Source: Chrysomallon squamiferum (lineage: Eukaryota > Animalia > Mollusca). From it: 64,000 nt of DNA. The notes under the pieces are model-generated. The model was not told the origin of the DNA. It made no database searches and saw nothing but the letters and a program-made list of their open reading frames with translations. Positions 55,703 through 64,000 of this stretch are shown piece by piece. The translations under genes were made by a program, and so were the position numbers. The stretch covers positions 11,470,001-11,534,000 of the forward strand of contig CM022670.1 of assembly GCA_012295275.1 (NCBI GenBank). The letters are read 5' to 3'. Position 1 is the first letter of the stretch, and every line of letters starts with the position of its first letter.

Positions 55703-57385
55703 ATGTATGTATGTATAATTGCTTTTTTTTTCAGAGAAGAATCAATAGCATTGGCCATTTTGCGACTGATTGAGTTGGAGAAGGCAGTTGTAGAAGGTGC
55801 AGGAGCTGTTGGGTTAGCTGCCATCATGCAAGGATTATTACCAGAACTGACTGGAAAAAAGTAAACATCTTTCACCTCTTTGACCTTTAATTTTATTTTT
55901 GTAAATAGCCATTACCCACTGAATTATAGGTTCTTAAACAGGCCTATATTTTTCATCCTTCCAAGTTATTGTTGTATTATTTTATATGACCAGTCTTGCC
56001 TAACAAGAGACTAAATCATTTGAAACAACAAGTTCCAAGACATTTTTAATCTTTCTGCTTTGATGTCATGACGTCTGTGGCAAACCAATTGTAAATTTCT
56101 TATATTGTCAGAAAAATGCATTGATTTCATTTCAAACACCCTTTTTTACTTGTTTCTTTAGGAAAATAAGAAAAATTGTTAAACTACATATCTTAAACTA
56201 CATATCATGATACCATGAATGATTTGTGTGGGGAATTTTTTTTGTAGAGTTGTTGTGGCACTTTGTGGTGGAAACATAGACACAACAGCTCTGGGCAGAG
56301 TAATTGAGAGAGGTTTGGCAGCCGATGGAAGACTTGTTCGATTCACAGTAACAATTAGTGACCAACCTGGTGGAATAGCTGAACTGACAAAGATCATTTC
56401 AGAACAGGGAGTCAGGTTGGTATGAACAGTGTAGTTAATTATTTCATTATAAAACACTTACTATTGTTAACTATTGTTGCTTTTATCTGTCAATAAAAAT
56501 GCGTATAATTATTTTGCTTTAATAGTAATATATAAATAATGGATTTAATTTTTACATCTTTATGTGATACTCAGATGTTTCATAGTCAGATCTATATTCT
56601 GTCTGACAATGTTTTTATTAGATAAGTTAGCAACTGCTTATCATCAGTTCTAAAAATGAAACTTTCTGTGATTTATTAGGAAATTATTAATATTTATATA
56701 GAGCCAACTATTAAATATTATTTATTCAGATTAAAATTCATGATTGTTTGTAATGTTTGTTTGTTTTTTCTGTCTTTTTTTGTTTTTTTTTAGCTGATTT
56801 GATAATATAAGTTGCATTTTGGATCAATAAACTACTTTTTTATTCTTGTGTGTCATTACGTATTTACTATAAAAAAAAAATAAAAAAAAATAAAAATAGA
56901 AGTTAAAAACCATTTTGTTGCATTTAAAAATTGATTGTTAACTTTACAAGCTTTCACAAACTGACAGTGTTGCATTATATGGATTTATTTTTATGGATTA
57001 TTTTTCTCCAGCATAAAAGACTTGTTTCATGAAAGAGCTTGGTTGAAATCGGACATATTCTCAGTTCAGGTAACTCATTATACTGTCATCTATTTATTTA
57101 TTTTTGATCTGGATGTTTAAGCACTTAACAAAAATGTTAAAGCAGTGTTACTATAGCAACAAAATCAACAATGAATTTTCTTATTTAAATCTATTTTCAC
57201 ATTTTTTGTGAAATAATTCAGAATAATTTAGAAGAAAATTAAGTCATTCATAAATTTATTAGTAAGAATTATTATTAAAGGTGAAATGTATTGCGGAAAC
57301 ACGTGATCTGGCTCACAGCAAGGAACTGGAAGAAATTTTGCGGAACCATTACAAAAAGATCAGATGGGGTCCAACTTACTGCTAA
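49550..57385 (+). CDS. tdcB: PLP-dependent L-threonine/serine dehydratase (TdcB-like, ACT domain), copy 2; intact 13 exons
   Basis: Exons 49550-49561, 50588-50743, 51216-51286, 52766-52811, 53261-53446, 53782-53837, 54223-54385, 54870-54960, 55515-55590, 55735-55860, 56248-56415, 57012-57069, 57281-57385. Intron positions and phases match copy 1. Motifs: [40 protein letters not shown]. An in-frame upstream ATG also exists at 49502. Confidence 0.92.
51508..52621. mobile_element. Degenerate TIR element (Tc1/mariner-like ends) in intron 3 of copy 2
   Basis: Left TAGTTTTGTTACAAAATATTTTAACACCAC versus reverse complement of the right end CAGTACAGTTACAAAATATCTGGACACAAC. The interior looks like decayed coding sequence, and this intron is about 1 kb longer than the equivalent intron in copy 1. 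Confidence 0.35.
54540..54833 (+). mobile_element. Degenerate tRNA-derived SINE of a gastropod-type family
   Basis: The motif order GGTCATTGGATCAATTC (B-box-like), ATTTCT..CCAGCCA..CCAC, TGGTATTTGC..TCTATGGGA.TGCAC..TCCTTGCTGCT and the tail GTTGTTAATTAAAGCACTTCTTTCC matches, from memory, a common gastropod SINE layout. Confidence 0.5.
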
Positions 57386-57786
57386 TTTAAAATACATAAT
57401 TATACAAATGTATATTCTTAAAATAACTATTAGTTAATTGTGAATATATAAATATGGAAACTTAACATTGGAGATGATATTCATTGAACTAATAATATTT
57501 TTCAAACATACTGTATTCCATAAACAGAACAATAAATGATCAAAGATGTGTATTTTGTGATGTTGTTAGTTTACATTGTCCAGTTAGCTGTTTTCATTAG
57601 ATTTAACTAAAAGAGGAATACAGTTCCTAAACAAATTCTTAAGCCCATTTAATTTTTATAATATTCTATGCAAAATGGCAAAAGCAATGGGCTATCTCCT
57701 AAGATATTTTTTTTATTTGGCATGAATCAAAATCAAGTTAGGAAAGTCTGCTTCAAGCATTACAACATAAAGATTTGACAGCTCTG

Positions 57787-58190
57787 TTTGCTTGCAGTTC
57801 CAAATTAAAATGAGAATAACAAAGTTATTTTTATCAAATGGTTATTTAAAACTTGCACAAATAGTTATATAACCAAGTCAATGACTCGGTCAAATATGTT
57901 GTTATGGACAACTGTATGTACATTTTAAACAACTGTATGCAAATTTGCTTGCAGTACCAGATTAACAGAAAGTTATTTTTTTCAAATGAATTTTTAAAAC
58001 TTGCACAAATAGTTACATAACCAAGTCAATGACTCGGTCAAATATGTTGTTATGGACAACAGTATGTACATTTTAAACAACTGTATGCAAATTTGCTTGC
58101 AGTACCAGATTGACAGAAAGTTATTTTTTTCAAATGAATTTTTAAAACTTAAAACAGATAGTTATAGTACCAAGTCAATGACTTGAACAA
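57787..58190. repeat. ~148-bp tandem repeat (~2.7 copies) between two convergent 3' ends
   Basis: AAAGTTATTTTT..CAAATG...ACCAAGTCAATGACT recurs at ~57821, 57968 and 58117. Confidence 0.88.
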
Positions 58191-58349
58191 ACAAGTAATG
58201 CTCTGCTGACACTATTAATTAATACGTTAAGGATAACCATATGAACTTTTTAAACTAGACTTAGCATATTACATTAAAATAAAACAGGAAACGCTGTTTG
58301 AAAAAATCAGTTTTATTACTTTGCATAGTAATGTCCTGCTAAAACCATG

Positions 58350-59021
58350 TTATCCAACCATAGTTCTTTTGCGTCCTCTCTGACGAATCTCATCCAATTT
58401 ATTCAGAACATCACGAGCTCCATTTTTATTATCTTTCTTGTAGGCATTTAGAATAGCCTCAAAAAAAAATTCCGTTTTGGGATGGGTGCTGAGAAGAGCT
58501 CGTTCCAACACATACAGATCTACCCCTTTATCTTCTGCAAGAGTGGTCCCATAACTGAGTCCAAAATCAATCATAACCACTACTCTTTTCTCAGGTGACC
58601 CTCTGAGCAACATGTTAGATGTAGTCAGATCTCCATGTACTAAATTGTTATTATGCATTTTTGCCAACAATTTACCAATAACCTCTGCAAGTGGGATGAG
58701 AATTTCAGAGTTACTGATGGGAGACTGCTGCTGAGTGTCTTCTATGTAATTTCGTAAAGAAACAGAATTGTTTATGAACTCCATGTAAATGGTGTTGTTT
58801 TCCATGTTTACCATATAAAGTGTTGGCGTAGGAATGCCTAGTAATTGGCAACGTAGCATTGCTCTAACTTCTGCTTTGGTTCTTTGTACGTTCAGAGATT
58901 TGTCTAATGTCGGATGTCTATATGATTTTGGAAAACGTTCTTTAATGACACAGTCCTTACCATAGTATGATGATTTGTAAAGTTTGGCTTCAGCCCCTTG
59001 TTTAAATGGAATCATTTCCAT
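58350..59021 (-). CDS. TP53RK: EKC/KEOPS complex kinase TP53RK/Bud32 (PRPK), intronless CDS
   Basis: 223 aa with KQGAEA, KERFPKSYRHPTLD, HGDLTTSNM, IDFGLS, EDKGVDLYVLERALLSTHP and C-terminal RGRKRTMVG; AATAAA at 58317-58312. Confidence 0.97.
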   Translation of the reverse strand: MEMIPFKQGAEAKLYKSSYYGKDCVIKERFPKSYRHPTLDKSLNVQRTKAEVRAMLRCQLLGIPTPTLYMVNMENNTIYMEFINNSVSLRNYIEDTQQQSPISNSEILIPLAEVIGKLLAKMHNNNLVHGDLTTSNMLLRGSPEKRVVVMIDFGLSYGTTLAEDKGVDLYVLERALLSTHPKTEFFFEAILNAYKKDNKNGARDVLNKLDEIRQRGRKRTMVG

Positions 59022-59136
59022 GTCTACAAATTTTGTTGCACAAAAAAAATCTTATGTTTTTAAACTTATTATTCAAAATGAGTTGATTATGGAGGATAAT
59101 GCACAAGAATCAAATGAAACCTTTTAAACCTAAACT

Positions 59137-60852
59137 TCAGTCTCCTGTTGGATTCTGATATAAACAGGCTTTGAATGAATTCAGTCTTACATCTATTTCA
59201 CCTTCTTCCAACTGAAAAAAAATAAAAAAAATAATAATAATAATCAGATATTTTAATTAAATGTATATACTTTTACACAAGGATACTAGCATACACATAC
59301 ATAATTTTAGTTCACTCTGAATACTTTAACTTTAAAAATTAATATTTGAAATACTGAAAAAGCATGATGTATGGATAGATGTAATATTTGTAATATATGA
59401 AAAATAATCAGCTATTATGACATACCTCATCCTCAGCATAGAGTTCTCTGTAACAACGTTCAGACATGCACTTTCGAAGACACTTTGTTAGTTCAGTGCT
59501 ATAAACATCTTGACACTGTCCTGACAATTCACATCGTTGTTTAGCATTCTTGTAACGTTTGTCCTGCATGTACAATAAGTATAATTAGCTTAAATATTCT
59601 CCAAATTCTCAAGAAGTAATTTTAATTTAATATAACCTACAACATTACTTAAACTTACAAAAATTACATGCAATATTTGAATTAAGGATATGTGTGGTGA
59701 AAATAAATAATCATTATCTTTTATGTTACAGAATTGAAACTTGATGGAAATAATCAATTCTGTTACCATGAAAAACTAGTATTAGGGTTTTTTTTTATGA
59801 CAAATGTTTACTTTTATTTTTGGCTTTTTTAAATATTATAGTACCCCATTTTATGAACCTCTCCAATCCAAACCAATATATATATATATATAAAACATTA
59901 TATATAAAACATTCAACCTGCTGTGGTTCATCATAGACATGTTATTCTACAAATTAACAGAAAGAAATCAGTCTTTGTTTATATACTTCAAAAGAAATAT
60001 TTTTTAAAAATAATGTTTTTAATTTGTAATTCAAAACAACATAAAGTTGCATAAAGATTATATGAAAAGAATAATTAATTGTTCCAAGATTTTTATTCTA
60101 TCATTTTCAAGAGTTTTTTCTAAATATATATATATATATATATTCCAAATTTGGTAACTCGAGTACAAATAGTTTTCATGCAGTATTTCTCCAAAAATGT
60201 TAGGATAGTTGATAAAAAACAAAAAAAAAATGAAGTTTATAAACCATATTTCCACTTAAAACATCTTTTGCAAAAAACCTGAAACATTTATCTGAAAAAC
60301 CTATTTTTTTTATGTACATTTTCTAATTGTGTTTAAAACTAAAAATATAATTTTGTTTACTCAGATTTTGTCATTTTTCACCTAGCATGTCCCCTTAAAC
60401 GACAGAGAAATTTATTAAATGCTGTGTTCCATTTAATTAGCAAAAATTATCCTAGTATCACTGAAGCGATTCCAAAATGGTACAGACCAAAATGTAAGTA
60501 ATTTTTAAAAATAATTTAAATATTTGGATCACCAATTTGAAAGCCAGAATCATCGATATATTAAAATATTACAAGCTGTAATTTTTTTTTATTGATGACC
60601 TGATTTTGTTTTTTCGGTTAATGAACCTATCTAACCAAACTAGGTATATTCATATTAACTTAAAAAAAGAAAAATAATAACAAAAAAAATTGTTTATAAC
60701 AAAGCTGAAAAAAGACTGTTTACATCTCGTTTCTTCTTGTAGCTATACTTGTGCTTGAATGTGTACTCTACAGCATTGACTTCTATTCCTATCTCCAAGA
60801 GCAGCAATATAATTAAGGCCCAAGAAACTAAAACCTCACACTTCAAAGACAT
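59137..60852 (-). CDS. Small secreted Cys-rich protein, DUF4787-type (113 aa, 3 coding exons)
   Basis: Exons 60852-60724, 59563-59426 and 59211-59137 (all phase 0, GT-AG): MSLKCEVLVSWALIILLLLEIGIEVNAVEYTFKHKYSYKKKRD|DKRYKNAKQRCELSGQCQDVYSTELTKCLRKCMSERCYRELYAEDE|LEEGEIDVRLNSFKACLYQNPTGD*. Hydrophobic signal peptide; C..C..C.R.CMS..CY.ELY.....EEGEIDVR..SFK.C is the DUF4787 pattern as remembered. Confidence 0.88.
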
Positions 60853-61430
60853 CGCTGAAAGATATTAACAGAAACAATGTTGTAACTTAATGCAGTCACA
60901 CAGCAAAATGCTTTATTGTGCAAATTCTTACTCTCTAAATTTAAGAATACAAAAGTAATAAAATACCACCGGTAATATAAATATATTATTAAATTATTTT
61001 ATCACTGACTAATAATAATAATATGTAACTACACAATAGACACAAATGAGTGTGCAAATAAAAAATTGTTAATTTACATTATCACATTATCTATGTTTGC
61101 TGTATTATATATAAAAAATAAAACAATTATAATAATTATTATTTCATCTGATAATAACACTAAGTGACTAACACTAACCGAAATCAGGTCAACAAGCATC
61201 ACTATCAGTATCACAATATACTATTAATAAATACACTAAATTTGTTGGTAATTCCTGAATTTAATTCCAAAACGCATGAGTATAAGGCATTAAAAGCAAT
61301 AATATATTTCTTTTCTGTATATTTACATTGATGGTCTCAGTTTAATAGCTGCAACACAGATAAAATTAGATTGCGAATATCGGAACAGGTACTCTTGTAG
61401 TTTCTTATTTCATGTATCAGGAGGGCTTAC

Positions 61431-61630
61431 CCCATTACTAGTTTAACTTATGTAAAAATTACAAATATCAAAACACTGTATACATTTCTATATAATACAT
61501 ACACAATAAATAAAAATAAATATAACAATATTCTCTTCACGACATCAGAGCAGTCTTCTCTTTTTAGAGAAAACCGGAAAGTGAAAAGTTACAGCACCCG
61601 AATTCCTTGGTTCTTTCGGTGTCGATTTTC
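61431..61630 (-). promoter_or_regulatory. Candidate promoter and first (leader) exon for the DUF4787/TP53RK unit
   Basis: Strong donor ATGGG|GTAAGC at 61431/61430; CpG-containing patch at 61535-61630 with an ETS-like CCGGAAA. A second candidate donor TTTCG|GTTAGT lies at ~61178. Confidence 0.4.
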
Positions 61631-61739
61631 CTTCAATAACAATGTGCGCACCAATAATCAATAACTAATAACACAATGATCAATCAAGAACAGTGAACAG
61701 AAATAGTTTAATGGGTGAAAATTGTAAACACTAGTATAT

Positions 61740-63140
61740 ATGTGTGTTCCCTGTATTGTTCTTATTCTTCTGTCTTTTAGATGCTTTATATTCTTCAGTT
61801 TTCGTTTCTATATTCATATTTTAATTAATATTTATTGTTATAATTTTTATTGTTTTAACTTAGCTTTTTGGGGGGTGTTTATTTTTAATGCGTTTTATTT
61901 TTTTTATTATTATTTTTTTATTCATAATTTTGACATTTTTTGTTTGTTCTGTTATTCTTCAAATATTTCTATTGCTGCTTTGTTTTTTATTTTTAAATTC
62001 GTGTGTGTGTGTATCATTACTTGAACTTACTTGTCTTTTTTCATGTTCATTTAGCATTTTTATTTTTTTACCTTTTTTTTTTGTATTTGTTTGCATGTTT
62101 GTGTGTGTGTGTGTGTGAGAGAGAGGGGTCTTATTTTATTGATTCTTGTTTCTTATTCTTATTCTTGAACTTTCTTATTCATTTGTCTTGTCTTTTTTTC
62201 CTTTCTTATTCTTCAATCTTCTTTCTTCTCATTCTTAATTAATCTTATCTTTTTTCTTTTATTCCAATTATTTTTCTTACCTTTATTTATTTTGTATATA
62301 TAGTCTTATTTTATTAGTTACTGATTCTTGTTATTCTTGATTTTTCTTCTTCACCTTCAGTCATATTTTTTCTGATTCCCTAACCTTTCTTCTTCTTATT
62401 ATTTTTTTTATATCTTCAATTTTGTTTTCTTCTTATTCTTCAATATTTTTAATCTTTTTTCATTTTATTCTTCAGTCTTTCTTTTTATTCCTCTATCTTC
62501 TTTTTCTTCAGTCTTTTCTCTCTTTTTTTCAAATGCATGTTGTTGTTTTTTACATATGTTAATTTAGTAATTTTCTGAATGATTATCATTTCTGGTGTGT
62601 CTCTGTCTGTGTTTTTGTTTTATTCACGTTTCTTGTATTTTTCTGTCTTGTTTCTTATTCTTTAATCTTCTTTTTTTTTTCTTTTCTTTTTTATTATTCT
62701 GTCTTCTACTAGTCTTCATGTCTTTTTTTTATATGCATATTTTTCTTTTGTTTATTTTGTGTGTGTATTCTTATTTTACTAATTTTTCTTTCTTCTTATT
62801 CTTCAACCTACTTTCATCTTGTTCTTTGGTGTGCTAGTTCTTCAGTCTTATTCATTCTTCAGTGTGTTACTGTTGTTTAATTTCTGTGTATTCTCACTGT
62901 TTGAATGTATCCATCTTCTGTCTTCTTATTCTTCATTCTTGTTTTGCTCTTGTGTGTTCTCATTCTTTAATTTTACATGTCCCTACTTATTTCTTCTCTG
63001 TTCTTACTGTTTCTATTTGCATCTGTTTTGGTACTCATGAATCTTTCTTTTCTGTATTTTGTTTTTATTTTATTATTATACTGTGTGTTCTTATTGTTAC
63101 AATTTACTTCTGTCTTTTTATTTTTGTGTATTTTTTGGGC
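61740..63140. repeat. Pyrimidine-rich low-complexity or degenerate tandem region
   Basis: Strong T/C skew with recurrent TCTTATTCTT(C/G)A motifs; the ORFs here are F/L-rich artefacts. Confidence 0.6.
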
Positions 63141-63249
63141 TAATGAAATCAAAAAGTTTTATGTTGTTAATCATATCTATGATATTTTATTACATTTTTT
63201 ATATTTTAACCAAAGCCAAAACTAGTCTTATGCTAGACTTATGTTCAAC

Positions 63250-64000
63250 TTAGATATTACTGGTTACCCATTTGTTCCAAAATAAAATGTTATCTAATAT
63301 CATTAGAACTGTAGACTGAGATTTATTTCCTTAGGAATTGGAGGCCAAAAGTGAGATTGTGATTGATTTGACTTCATTTGGGTATGAACTAATCAAAAAT
63401 CTTAGGTAACACATTTTTACACATATGTGAGGACTAAAATCCAAGATGATCACCTTCACTTAATGAAGAGACAGAAAATGGCACATTTCTGGAACTATTT
63501 GACCAATTTCAATGATGTTAGTTTCGATTGTATGGTTTTCAAACATATAATCTGATAATCTGATCAGCATTTACTCCCAGGATATATACAGGGAAGACAT
63601 TCAGGAGAGGAGTTGAACATCATTTCATGAAAGTGCTTGCTTGTTCTTTCCTCAAGTTTGATGCAGTACTTGGGAAAATGCTTCCATATGGGTGCTCTCA
63701 ACCACAAGCTGGTGGACTTTGGGCTGCCCACAGCAGTGCGATCCAGTGACAACTTTGTTTGCTCAATATGCAGCTCTGCGGGTGCAACTAGCATACCAAC
63801 TTTGCATTGGGACCTGTTCAGGTCCAGGAATCTGGAGGGCAAGAAATTTACTCCAACCAGAGAGACTCTGATGCCCCATGTTCTACAAACCAACTATGTG
63901 GCTTAGAGGGACAAAAAATATAAAACATCTCACCCATGCCTACTACCCCTAGAGGAAAATGAATGGATGCTTGCCAGTGGGAGTATGTTTTAATCAGTGT
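63250..64000 (+). mobile_element. Relic of an Academ(X)-like DNA transposon, internally deleted; runs off the window
   Basis: Decayed frames give IYTGKTFRRGVEHH (compare .SGK.YNRGVR.H in the transposase core) and LHWDLFRSRNLEGKKFTPTRETLMPHVLQTNYVA*RDKKYKTSHPCLLPLEENEW (compare LRW.LF....E..LPPT..AL..H..RANY...W...P.LP.P...GW after the XPG-like domain). Confidence 0.5.

Noticed and set aside
61740-63253. Stack of hydrophobic ORFs resembling membrane proteins
   Set aside because: T-rich low-complexity sequence lacks stop codons by composition; there are no coherent motifs or splice structure.
63564-63893. 109-aa minus-strand ORF
   Set aside because: Antisense shadow of the + strand transposon relic.

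Overview
AT-rich, intron-rich animal DNA, probably from a mollusc or gastropod (inferred from a SINE remnant and the gene content). From left to right: (1) a 40-bp satellite; (2) a decayed cluster of intronless, Maverick/Polinton-like ORFs, one of them split by a 2.8-kb Sola2 DNA transposon (long TIRs, GTAA TSD); (3) a small Helitron-like element containing a tRNA-like cloverleaf; (4) a 31-exon F-BAR/RhoGAP gene of the ARHGAP29/45/GMIP family on the minus strand (11746-33993), with no visible C1 domain and a piggyBac relic in one intron; (5) a triplicated intergenic unit carrying a pogo/Tigger MITE; (6) two tandem 13-exon PLP-dependent threonine dehydratase (TdcB-like, ACT-domain) paralogs that show exon-limited homogenisation and active-site divergence; (7) a compact minus-strand locus in which a 3-exon secreted DUF4787-type gene, absent from the ORF track, ends only 115 nt upstream of an intronless TP53RK/Bud32 ORF. 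Both ORFs have a splice acceptor exactly 2 nt before the ATG, which suggests a shared-leader or bicistronic unit; (8) an Academ-like transposon relic at the right edge. Exon coordinates and translations were read by hand, and family assignments come from remembered motifs, not from database searches.
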